From assembly GCA_964234715.1 (NCBI GenBank), contig OZ174279.1: a stretch of 64,000 nt of DNA; one strand, written 5' to 3'. Shown here piece by piece: positions 37,995-49,400 of this stretch. The position numbers and the translations under genes are program-made. Within the stretch, counting starts at the first letter, position 1; each line of letters starts with the position of its first letter. The notes beneath the pieces were generated by a model. The model saw nothing but the letters and a program-made list of their open reading frames with translations. It searched no databases and was not told where the DNA came from. This DNA comes from Podarcis melisellensis. Lineage: Eukaryota.

Positions 37995-38655
37995 AAGAAG
38001 GATATTGGAAAATAGGATCTTGACAAGCTGGAATGTTTTCAAAAGAGGACGACCAAGATAATAAAAGGGTCTGGAAACCATCCTTCTGAGAAACGGTTGA
38101 GTATGGGGTATGTTTAACCTGGAAAAGAGGAGACTGAGAGTGGATATGTTAGCCACCTTCAAATATCTAAAGGGCTGCCACATGGAGGAAGGAGCAAACT
38201 TGTTTTCTCCTGCTCTGGAGGTAGGACCTTAATGAATGGCTTCAAGTTACAGGAAAGAAGATTCTGACTAAATATAAGGGAAAAAATCCTGATAGTAAGA
38301 GCTTTTCAACAGTGGAAAGGACTCCCTCAGGAAACAGTGGACTCCCGGGAGCTGAGCTGACAGTGCCAGTGGCCGGATCTTTGCTGCTCAGGGATGTTTT
38401 TTTGTGGAGGGCTGTGGCAGCTGCGGAAGGAGAAGGGAGCAAAGTGCTGGAAGCTGGGATGGAGTCGGGACCAGTGGTTGGTGCTCCTGGCATGGAACTG
38501 AACTGGATTGATTTGTAAAACTTTCCTTCCTCAGAGGTTTTGAAGCGGAAGTTGGATTGCCATCTGTCATGGATGCTTTAGCTAAGATTCATGCGTTACA
38601 GGGAGTTGAACTAGATGACTCTGAGGGCACTTCCAACTTTACAATTCTATGATTC
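37995..38655 (+). mobile_element. CR1 LINE 3' portion with a foreign insert at ~38345-38522
   Basis: gacaagctggaa...cctggaaaagaggagactgag...ttcaaatatctaaagggctg; ends ttccaactttacaattctatgattc (CR1 ATTCTRTG tail); collinear with 51207-51460 apart from the insert. Confidence 0.85.
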
Positions 38656-38922
38656 AAAAATCTGCTGGCATAGATAATTTGTTTCACCCTGTGCAATGAT
38701 AGTAGGGTCAGCCCTACTTAACCCCACCGATAAAAAGGCAGATCATTTGCATTTACTCAAAATCTTCTTTTTGCACAACATTGATTGTAGGTCATAATCT
38801 ACAATCTTAGCATGTGCAGTTGCCCTGAGGCTAGACTACTGGAATGTGCCTTTTGTGGGACTGTTCTTGATGGTTGTTCTGCAATTGTCTGTTTTAAAAT
38901 ACGAGTACCTTGGAGCATATTA

Positions 38923-39122
38923 GGGGAGGGACTGTAGCTCAGTGACAGACCACATACTTTTTCTGCCAAAGGTCCCAGGTTCAATTCCTGGCATCTTCAG
39001 TTTAAGAGGATTACAGCAGATTATATGACACCTGCTTGAGAACTTGCAGAACTTGAGAACTGCTGCCAGTCAGAGTAGATGGGGCAAATGGTCTGCTGTA
39101 GCATAAGACAGCTTCCTATGTT
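38923..39122 (+). mobile_element. tRNA-derived SINE (Squam3-like)
   Basis: tgtagctcagtg ... ggtcccaggttcaattcctggcatc ... cagcttcctatgtt. Confidence 0.72.
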
Positions 39123-39841
39123 GTTCCAGCATCAGGGTCGGTGTCCTATTGTCTTCAAAGCACAACTGAGTGCTTTAAAAAATCATTAGCAGCTTGGGCC
39201 CAACATAGCTATGGGTGCTGTTTCCTCCTTTACAAAATTTCTAATGTTGATCAAGGGAAGCAGAGCCAAGGTGGCTTTTACAAGGATAAGTCCTTTCCAG
39301 CTAATCTTTTAGAATTCTTTGAGTGTCAAGCAGGCATATAGATAGGGGTGATACAGTCAACATTGTGTACATAGACTTTCAAAAAGCTTTCAATAAAGCT
39401 TCACCAAGACCCCTGAGTAAACTTAGCAGTCATGGGATAAGAGGATAGGTCCTCTTATGGATCAGTAAATGGTTAAAGAACAGGAAGCAGAGAACAGGAA
39501 TAAATGGACAGTTCTCACAATGGAGGGATGGTAAGAAGTGGAATTCCCTGCGGATTGGGATAGGGACCTGTACTTTTAATTTGTTCATAATGACCTGGAG
39601 GGGGGGGAGAGCAGTGAGGTGGGCAAGTTTGCTGAGGACAGCCAATTGTCCGGCATGGCAAAAACAGAAAGGGATTGTAAAGGCCTCAAAAAGGATTCAT
39701 TTAGTTAACAAAATTTATACACCACTTGATTCCATTAAAACCCCTCCAAATTGGGTGTATGGGCATTAAAATGGCAAATTGATTTAGTGCAAGCAAGTGA
39801 TGCACGTTGTGGCAAAAGCCCCTAACACCACATATACGTGA

Positions 39842-39984
39842 ATAGATTCATAGAATTATAGACCTGTAGAGTTTGAAGGGACCATGAGGGCCATCTAGTG
39901 TAGCTCCCTACAATGCAGGACTCTTTTTGCCCAGCGTGCCACGAATCTGAGATTAAGAGTCTCCTGCTCTACCAACTGAGCTGT
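39842..39984 (-). mobile_element. tRNA(Lys-CTT)-derived SINE with CR1 3' tail
   Basis: Minus strand reads agctcagttggtagagcaggagactcttaatctcag (tRNA-Lys D arm and anticodon arm, T arm largely deleted), then a CR1 tail ...ggtcccttcaaactctac...attctatgaatctat. Confidence 0.78.
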
Positions 39985-40342
39985 AGGATCTAAACTTAAG
40001 GCAACTGACCAGGAAAGAGATACTGTACTGGGGTCATTATGGATGGCTTGATGATGATGTTGCCCCAGCTGTCAAAGAGTGAATTCCATCTCAGGGCTCA
40101 TTTTTGGATTTTTTGTGTGTGCGTGCGGGGGGGAGGATCCTGCCAATATCATATTGCCACTATACAAATCTATGGCATGACTGCATTTGGACTAGGTACA
40201 GTTCTGTTTTCTGTACTACCAAAGGCATCTTGCAGAGCTGGAAAAGGTTTGAAAAAGGACAACCAAAATGATCGCAGAGATGGAGAAAAGTGCCCAGTGA
40301 GGAAAGCTTAATAGTGATTATTATAACTTCTATAAAATTATG

Positions 40343-40522
40343 CTTAACCTGAAACTGTTCTTAACCTGAAGCACCACTTTAGCTAATGGGGCCTCCTGCT
40401 GCCGCCGCGCTGCCGGAGCCCGATTTCTGTTCATATCCTGAAGCAAAGTTCTTAATCTGAAGCAATATTTCTGGCTTAGTGGAGTATGTAACCTGAAGCG
40501 TATGTAACCCGAGGTACCACTG
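40343..40522 (-). mobile_element. pogo/Tigger-like MITE, family A, truncated at one end
   Basis: One TIR GAGGTACCACTG+TA; reverse-homologous to 58364-58604. Confidence 0.85.
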
Positions 40523-42558
40523 TACTCGTACTAACTCACTTTGGGTTTTCTTGGGCAAGACAAAGCAACTAACAAATTTAATAAATAAATTAAATAAATA
40601 AATAGTATTAGAACCCAGTAAAGCTGCATTTTGGGAGATTCAAGACAGATAGATGAAAGCACTTCTCCACACAGCACTTAGTTAAACTACGGAATGTGTT
40701 ACCGCAAGATAACACAACCCCCTTACTGCCTGATATGCGTGAGTTGAATTCCTCTGTAAATCCAGAAGAATTTAACCATTATAATTAGAGGTGTCTTTTG
40801 GAGTCTATGGTTATTAAACTTTTGGGAGGCTGGGGATATAGCGCTTGTTATATAACTGGATTGTAACTGGGTATATTATTTATTATAAGTAACGCAACTA
40901 ATAAATAATTAGTTGTGTACTTTTAAAATTACAGGCCTAAAACCTTTCTGACATACTAGAAATAGAAAATAAGGCTGCACAAAAAATCAACACTATCTTT
41001 TTCCTGTGCCTGCACAAGTTATTTATCAGAAGGATAAAGTGATTCTGCACATTGTACCTGCCTAGTCTGACTTGTAACAACCCTTTTGCATTGTATCCAC
41101 CATGCTAAAGAGAGAAGCTAGTATCACAGGTGTCAGGCTGCTAAGTTGTATGTGGCTGAAGGCACACATCAGCATTTCCAGGCACTTCCACACTAGACAT
41201 TAGTGATTGCTATGCTTTGTTCACTCACTTTTTCTGGGGAAATCTACACAAGACTGTCATCTGATCACTGTCATCATAGATTTTCCCTGTTGGTCTTCCA
41301 TCTTTTCTCAAACCACAGGAAGTCTGGCTTTTTTCAGCAGAATGGAAGTGTAGCATAATCGCCATACATGTAGATGCTTGAAGCACCATTCTTCCATCTT
41401 CTTAAAAAGGCAGAGCCTCTGTAACTTCCATTGGTACCCAAGAAAAACTCACTAAAAACGTTTAAAAAACCACCTTTGTGGTGGGGGCCATTTTATGACC
41501 CCCTATTAAATCAATCTTTTAATTTCCCCCTACATTTAAAAACAAAAATGTATTCTAGTTTTATAGCTCTATAATGATGTTGTTGTATAGCAATTATGGT
41601 GTTATAGCACTACACCTATGTCTCAGTAAAGTTTGAATTATAGCTACAAAGGCATTCTGGCACTAATTAAAAGACTGATAAAAAATTAATGGGGTTATAA
41701 AAGGATACCTACTACAAGGGTTATAGTGAATGTATTCAAATATACAAAACACCCATTGCATATCCATTGGTTTGGACATTACAAAGCAGGATGCACACAA
41801 AGAAAAAACATAATATTCCTGATAGGATGGAAAGTAAATTGCAATTATGCTTGTAGTTTGCAATAAATGGATAGCTCTACAAGCCAGTACCACTGTTCTG
41901 GAAACAGGTCATCTCCACAGGTAGGATGATAAGTTGAGAAGCACCTGCCCACCTCCCTTCCTCCTTTTTCTTTCTTTCTTTATTTTTGGATTTGTGCAAC
42001 TTCACCAAAAACATTTAGACAAAATGAGGTGCCGCACAACTGTGCATTTTTTGATGTATTTACTAAGTGCAAAATGTCTGTGCATGAAATTATAGCCAGG
42101 GATAGCTCTGTTGATCCAGTCATCCCAATGGTGTTTACATACAGGTCATGCTCTAAGTGTTGCAGATTTGTTCCACTTTTGTTCTGACACCACACCAACA
42201 GGAGCAAGTTCACTTGCAATGCACAGCCTGCCATTTTCTTTCAAGGAACAGATTGCTCTGCAATGAGCCAAATCTTCAAATTTTTCTGCCACATTCAAGT
42301 TTCTCTACAACTCCTGACATAACAGCAAGAAACTTGTATCAACATAAATAAAAGTGGTACAAAGTGGAAGCATTTTTTAAACATTAGTGCCTGGCACAAA
42401 CTTTATTTCAGATAATGGTGTTAACCATGGACGTAATAAATGTGGGTTTAAATTTTTGCAGACTTAAGCTGCTAGTCAAATCCAATGTCATCCAATTCAA
42501 CAGAGAATGTTATATTGCCCCTAGTAAGCCCAAAATATTAGCTGTGCAATGGTATCCC

Positions 42559-42733
42559 TAGTGCTTCTTTTTCTAGGGGTATGCAGGGGTATGTATACCC
42601 CTAAACATTTTGTGAATTGTCATACTTTTGTCCATTTACTGTATTTATTTTTCCCAACTTGAACTATAAAATGGTGGTTTTCTTGAGTTAAAATGAGAGA
42701 TCTCCTAAACATTTTTTTAGGAAAAAAGCACTG
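42559..42733. mobile_element. hAT-type MITE (175 bp)
   Basis: TIR (T)AGTGCTTCTTTTTCTA / TAGGAAAAAAGCACTG; perfect 8-bp TSD GGTATCCC. Confidence 0.85.
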
Positions 42734-44062
42734 GGTATCCCAAACATCTTTACTCAGAAGTAAGTCTCATTGACTGCAGTGTTAGACATCAACTCTGATG
42801 AAAGATAAGTACATACATGTATACACACAAACATACACACACAATTGCATGCTTATTTTTTAGTAACTCTGCATGTAATTTTCTAGTAACTCTGCTCTGC
42901 GGTTCTATACCACAGTGGATGCCTGGTGTCATGTATTATATTGATACAAAAGCACTCAGATACCATGGTGATGAGTGTATTAGAAATCCTTAAAACAGAT
43001 GCATTCTGATTCTGCAAGCTGCGCTCCCCCTTGCTCTCTGGGCATTTTGAACTGACGAGGCACTTGAGCCCCATGAAAAAGACCTGTGTTTTTACAAGAA
43101 ACAGAAGCTGCTGGACACTTCATTGCTATGGGGATGTAACTAAACTGGGCTTGTTTAAGGCAGAGGGCACAAACTAAGAGGAACAAAAAAAGAAAAAAAG
43201 AAAGGGGGGAAAGCACAAGGGAGGGGGGTAGATGGAGGGAGCTGCATTGATTTCAGTCTGTTCAGGTCTAGCTGGAAAACACAATGCAACGAAACGGTCC
43301 CTTGGTCGGCGAGTCTCTTTAGTGAGGTTTTTCCCAGGGTTTGAAGTGGAGTGGGGAGGGATGGTGCAAGGGAGAGGAGGCAGAGAGATGAGAGGCATAC
43401 CTTGGAAGGGTGTAAAGCAGACTCTTTCTTCTGAAAAGGGAGGGCAAATGTTTATGTCAGTGCAGCAAGCCTTAAAGGGGCAGCCTCAGGTTGTAAATCT
43501 GCAGAATCAGGTAGACCAAGGTTCTATCACCTAACAACAAATTTGTATTCCACTATTAACAGTTGATTTGGAGCTCTTGTGCAACAAACCCATTCCCTCC
43601 CCCAAACCAGACTTTGGGGTCACTTTCCAGATGGCCTACTTCTTGAGCATTCATTCTGATATTTCTTTGGAGATATTGAATGATGTCAGCTATTTATTGA
43701 ACATTCACTCCAATTTGTTTGCAGGGAGGTTAGACACTGCATCAAGTAAATGTTACCCCACACTTCCCAGTGCATTTCCCTGCCACTTTCCTTATTGCAA
43801 ACAATCTGAAATTGGAGAAAGCAAGTGAGCTGGGAAAGAGATCCAAATCACCTCAAATTGCACAACCTGAATTTGCAGATATGCGAATGAATCTCACTCC
43901 AAAACAGTCTGGGAACACCTTTTGTGATTAGGAAGGTGAAGCAAAAATGCTCTGGAAAGTGCAGGATAGCATTTGTGGCCAGCATGACTAAACTGCTTCT
44001 GGCACAACGGAACACCTTGATGGAAGCCAGAGCGCACGAAAACGCAGGACTATACTAACTGA

Positions 44063-44102
<40 letters not shown>

Positions 44103-44126
44103 ATATATGTGTGTGTGTGTGTGTGT
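44063..44126. repeat. (TA)n(TG)n compound microsatellite
   Basis: Direct reading. Confidence 0.9.
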
Positions 44127-44649
44127 TAGATTTGATTTTTGTAAAATGACTGTGGGCACAACACTGGATGGGAAACAGAGCATTTTTTGGGGGGGTGTAT
44201 TATTTATTTGGGTTGTTGTATTTTCTTTGCATTATTTATTTCCTTGAGGCTGTGCTTCTGCTTCCAGCAGGGAAGCACACCTTTCCCTTGATTTTATTTA
44301 TTTATTTATATTTTTTACAACTGCCAATGCTGGATATAATGTTATTGGTGACGGATTGGTGCTATCACGAACACAGCGCTACAGGGGAAGTGCAGGGTTT
44401 CAGTCATCCAGAAAGGAGCCATGATTAGCAAGGGTTTTAGGATTAGCAACTCAGCTTTTCAGGAGAAGCCAGTCTCAGTTTCAGGAAATTCTGCTCCATT
44501 CTGTACCTTTAGTGCTCCCCACTACCACAGATTGCCTTGGCAAGGTAGCCATTCTGCTTTCCTCACTTATCCTCTCTGCTTGTCACTTTGATCCTATTCC
44601 TTCTTGGTTTTAGTTTCCTCTACCATTATCCCCATCACATCAACATCAC

Positions 44650-44890
44650 ATCTTTCTCCTTCAACTCCTTCCTTAAAATACACATTGCTAAAATTTTAGA
44701 TGACCTTGCTATCAAATCCAAAGGTCTCTTCTCTGTCCTTGCCCTCCTTAACCACTCTGTTGGTGCTCTGATCAAGTTAACCATCTCGTCTTTCTTTGTG
44801 TTCCTCCAAGCCTTAGGTTTTCACAACTGTCATTAATTGAGTCTCCTCCAGTCCATCAGACTGCTCATTCACTGTGTGCATTTCTGTTTC
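44650..44890 (+). mobile_element. Ancient L2 RT fragment
   Basis: AKILDDLAIKSKGLFSVLALL resembles the L2 RT segment preceding the LLDLSAAFDTVDH motif. Confidence 0.5.
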
Positions 44891-45200
44891 TGAAGTTTCT
44901 TTAGGTTTTTTGACTATCCCACATTGTTGTTGTTGCTACTGCTGCCCAAGGCCAACCCAATACATTTTGCTGCCTGAGGCAGAGAAGACCATGTGCTCCA
45001 GTTCTCTATACAAAAGCTGAAAAGACTGGAAGTTCAATCTTACCTAAAAGCTAGCAATGTGAGTGCCCTCCACTGCACTTGAAAACAGCTTAGAGGGTGC
45101 AAGGTGGAGTGGGTGACACACACAGTCCTGTCTTCCACTAGTTGGAAGCAGCTGGAGGTTCAGAAGGAACAGTAAAAGCCCTCACTACTTCCCTCTTGCA

Positions 45201-45466
45201 TAGGGGTCAGCAACCTTTTTCAGCCGTGGGCTGGTCCACCGTCCCTCAGGCCATGTGGTGGGCCGGACTATATTTTTTTGGGGGAAATGAACGAATTCCT
45301 ATGCCCCACAAATAACCCAGAGCTGCATTTTAAACAAAAGCACACATTCTACTCATGTAAAAACACACTACTCATGTAAAAACACCATCTGCGCGCCAGA
45401 CTGAGAAGGCGATTTGGCCGCATCCAGCCCCTGGGCCTTATCTGCTGGGTAGGTTGCCTACCCCTG
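45201..45466. mobile_element. hAT (Charlie-like) non-autonomous element
   Basis: TIR (T)AGGGGTCAGCAACCT / AGGTTGCCTACCCCTG; TSD CTCTTGCA / CTCTAGCA (7/8). Confidence 0.82.
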
Positions 45467-45519
45467 CTCTAGCATCTGCTGCCTGAGGCAAATGCCTCAT
45501 TTTGTCTCATGGTCTAGAG

Positions 45520-45705
45520 CAGGAGTTGTCAACCTGGTCCCTACCAGCCACCAGTGGGCGTTTCAGGATTCTAGGTGGGCAGTAGGGGGTTCTACGGCAC
45601 AAGCTGAATCCTCCTTCCATCGAGCACTGGTAGAAGGTAAGGAAATTTTATCATCAAGAAAGATGCATTAGTGGGCAGTAGGTATAAAAATGTTGACTAC
45701 CCCTG
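45520..45705. mobile_element. hAT (Charlie-like) MITE (186 bp)
   Basis: TIR CAGGAGTTGTCAAC / GTTGACTACCCCTG; perfect TSD GTCTAGAG. Confidence 0.88.
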
Positions 45706-48059
45706 GTCTAGAGCCAGCCCTGCTACTTACCTTTGAAAAGGTAAGATTGCAACAGTGTTGTAGCTATTGTATTATATTTTATAATTTCGTCTCTTTTAGA
45801 AAGGCAGGTTAGAAATTTCAAATATAACTATATCTGTCTGTCTGTCTGTCTGTCTTGAATGGGAAGCTTTCTGGCAACATTGGCAAATGGAATTTACCGG
45901 TAATCAGAGGCAATGAAGGCCATTGATTATTGACAGCATGCTCCACACACATTGTGATAACTACCAAAGGCTACCTGATTGTGGAACAGGTGGTGCTCAG
46001 TTTCCATTCTGCCATAACTTTACTTAGATGGCATTCAAATATATTGCAAACCATTCTCTGCCATCATGAACACCAGCAAGCATAGGCCTCAGGTCCAGTC
46101 AGTGGCAGATCTGGTATCTGACCCATGTTGGACTCAGTGTAAGAATTCAGCCATGTTGAAGTGTTTTAGGAAAGAGACAGGCTATGTTTACTTGTGACAT
46201 TAGAAAAAGAGAGCTGGATGGAGAAGTCAATGGAGAAGCCACCTTTTTATGTTTCTCTTCCAGTACAGAGATTTGAGGTAGCTGAGGGCTGAGGCTGGGC
46301 TGGGCAAGAGAGTTTAGTCAACCTCTTCCAGAATTTATAATCTGACATGCTGCACACACGTGCGTGTTCAAAAATTGTGTGAACTGCCCACCCATACACT
46401 GGACAGCAGACGTTAAAGCCATCAAGAATGTTTACAGTACTCCCAATCCCCAAGGAAAACATTCTTCATTTAGGGATGGGGGTTCTTTTCAGATCTAAAC
46501 AAACAAACATAAAAATAGCATCTTCCATGGGAGATGTGATGCATTATACAGCATGGCTGTACAAAAGCTGCATAAATTTATTGAGGATTGTACCATCAAC
46601 TCTTTGTGCCTGAAACCTGAAAAATCAGAGGTTGGCTTGAACAAATGTTAAAAATCAAGGCTACTTCAAAGTAGACTCCACGAGGGACCAAGAGGTATTC
46701 GGCCGCTCCTCAAGTAGAAATACTGACCCCACCAATATTACCCAACAATATAATGTTCAGCAAGAGATTGTTCTTATTTTAATAAATGTTTTATGAAAGT
46801 AAGCAGTATCATGGCTAAACCAGCCTCCCTTTATCACCACCTGGCATCCTTTCACAACTCATTTAGATGTGCTGTTATGGCTTCAATAATGTATATCCCA
46901 CTTTGCATTATCAAAAGTAGCCTAAAGTATGCTCAAGTATCATGCCACCCAACAAGTATAGATTTTTTAAATAAAAAATATTGTTTATGTGTATCCTAGT
47001 AGTCTACTGATTATAAAGCATAGATCCTACCTATTTCCCCCCAGATTTTCTTTCTTTATGATTTAAAGCACAAACATATACTTGTCTATTCAGAAGGTAA
47101 GTCTCACTGAGTTCAATGGAGCATACCTTACTTCATACCAACCCTTTTACCATGAATGTATATAGGATTGCAGTCTTAGTTGTGTTGGTTCTAATCTTGT
47201 AAGCCACTCTCTAAAACCCAACTTTAAAAAGTAAATATTTTAGAAAACATTATTCTTGGTGTGGATGTGAAAGTTTACTCTTATACTATTAAAGTAAAAA
47301 GGTACTATAAAGAAGGATGTACATTTGTATATATTTTAGAAGTGGTGTGTACTGGATTCCTTCTGAGATGACATGCAGAGAACTGCATTATTATAAACTC
47401 TTCTGACTCCTGCCCTAACCTTCTAAATATAATTAATGGAAAAGAAAAGAAGAAGGCAGGCAGGTGACAAACACCTTGATCAGCAAAGGTGATATTGGAG
47501 AATACACAGTCACAGAGCCATTCTTTCCTGGGAAAGTACAGAAAATGCAAGCACTTAATCAATTCCTGTTTCTTAACATAGGCAGTTATAGATCAGTCCT
47601 GCAATGAACAAGACTGTTGCTTATAATTCTGTATCTGAAGGAGAAGCACCCAACAAAAGTAACCCACATGAGAAGCAGTGAAAGGGCTGTAGCTCTTGAA
47701 GGGGGGGGAGACCACAGTCTACGGACTGTTTCTTTGACTCTTGCCTTTGCAATAAATAAGAGGTAGGCTCAAGCACTCTTTCTGTGAAGCTCTAATTGTT
47801 CATGACAAAAGCTTTCGGCAACCCACTAAAAAAAAACACACCAACCAACCCCTCCGAACCCCCCCACCCCTAAAGAATGTTTCACTAAAATGGGCCCCAA
47901 TTCTGCTACCAAAGGAGAACATGGGAGTTTTGCTATTGATTTTTAAAAAAGCAAGGTCAGGCTTCAAGTGTGAAAGGGGGAAAAAACCCTCTCCTAAAAT
48001 AAATATCTTTGTAAGAGCCCACTAAAAAGACCCAGGATTCAAACACATTCCTTCTGGAG

Positions 48060-48490
48060 ATCAAGGATGTCCGGCCTTTGAAGCCTGAAGGGTTGGGGCG
48101 TTTCTCAATCTGTGTGGCAGTCACACTGTGGCATTAGAAATTGTGCATTTGGAATTGTAAAGCATTTTAAATGGAATCTTTCAGAATTCCACAGCTGGCT
48201 GGTGAGTGACAGCCTGATATAGCCTGGGGCAGGGAGAGAGATGACATCGTTTGTATTAAAGTTAAAATGATCTCTTTGTGAAGAGATACTTAAGAACATT
48301 TTAGTAAACAGAGGCAATAAAATAAAAATCGATTAAATGGGATGAATTAAGGTTTGTGTGCTAATTAAGAAACCTGATCTACAAACAGATTAAACTGGAG
48401 TACTTGAACTTAAACCAATTGAATAATGCCAGGCAGCTTAGATAACTTAAATTAGCCTGTTTAGTACTCTGCCTAAACTGATTTGTGGAC
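48060..48490. promoter_or_regulatory. Candidate enhancer (TCF, Fox, Cdx/Hox13, Six/MEF3, homeodomain motifs)
   Basis: CCTTTGAA 48075-48082, GTAAACA 48304-48310, GCAATAAAA 48314-48322, CTAATTAA 48361-48368, GAAACCTGA 48369-48377. Confidence 0.45.
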
Positions 48491-49169
48491 GGAAGCCAAA
48501 GTCACTCATATGTTTTTGCTCATATGCTTATTTGGGGTACTATTCAGAGTATATTGGGAGGCAAGACACATGAGGCCATTGTCCAATCAAGCCTACATCT
48601 TTAAGCTTTATCATACACCTATTTCCCTATCTTCTAAGAGGGGTGAACTGAATATCTCTTGCCCACTGCTATATGGACGTAGCTGGGGAAAGTATCTGAA
48701 TAACTGGGAGATGTCAAATATCAGGATCAGTGGAGCTATACCATATTTTGGATGAACTGTTTGTGTAAGGGAAAGAGATAATGGTAGTATATTTTATTGT
48801 TCTAAATTCTGTTGTTATAAAAATATTTTAGATTACAAATTGTGTTTTTCACTGAATGGTCACAGCTCTATAGTATTTCATTATTTAATTAATTACACAC
48901 ATCACAAGTTAGTAAGAGGCCTATTTCTGCTCTAATAAATAAATGAATAGTTGGTGGACACCTTGGAAGAGAAGAACCAAGAAACTTTTTTTTAGCAGAA
49001 ACAAATATTTTTTTTCTAATAAATACATATATGCAGAAGACCTATTTGCTCTGATTTGTCATGGGCTACTTTTGTGAAGTAAAACCCATGAACCATGATT
49101 TGGAGAAGACTGCACCCCGAATTCAATGAAAACTTTTTTATCCCCCTTAATCCCTTGATAATTTTTTGT

Positions 49170-49400
49170 GCTTCTCTTGTAGAAAAGCAATTTTGCTAAT
49201 CACCTTTGTGCCGATGCCTGCATTCCTGACAATAGCGTGAACAACTTCCATCAAAGTCTTTGATGTGGGAAAGAGAGAGAGACACACACACATATAATCT
49301 GAAAACAATTCCATTCCTTGCCACTCAATAGAGAGCACTCTGCTTTAATAGAGAGCTGATTCTGTGGAAGTTTCTAATCCTTTCTGCCAAAGAAGAGAGA
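49170..49400. promoter_or_regulatory. Candidate Wnt/Notch-responsive enhancer
   Basis: Inverted TCF/LEF pair CATCAAAG-T-CTTTGATG 49249-49265 overlapping RBPJ TGTGGGAA 49264-49271; TEAD GCATTCC 49220-49226; TAATCC 49375-49380. Confidence 0.5.

Larger units (their letters stand above)
39250..40710 (+). mobile_element. Decayed CR1 ORF2 (reverse transcriptase) remnant, interrupted by a SINE and a MITE
   Basis: Frameshifted RT motifs NLLEFFE, IVYIDFQKAF, KLSSHGIRG, LLWISKWLKNRKQR, INGQFSQW, GPVLFNLF. Confidence 0.85.
44947..45722. mobile_element. Older hAT-like element hosting two younger MITEs
   Basis: Degenerate TIR CAAGGCCAACCC / GAGCCAGCCCTG; repeated subterminal GCTGCCTGAGGCA near both ends. 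Confidence 0.55.
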
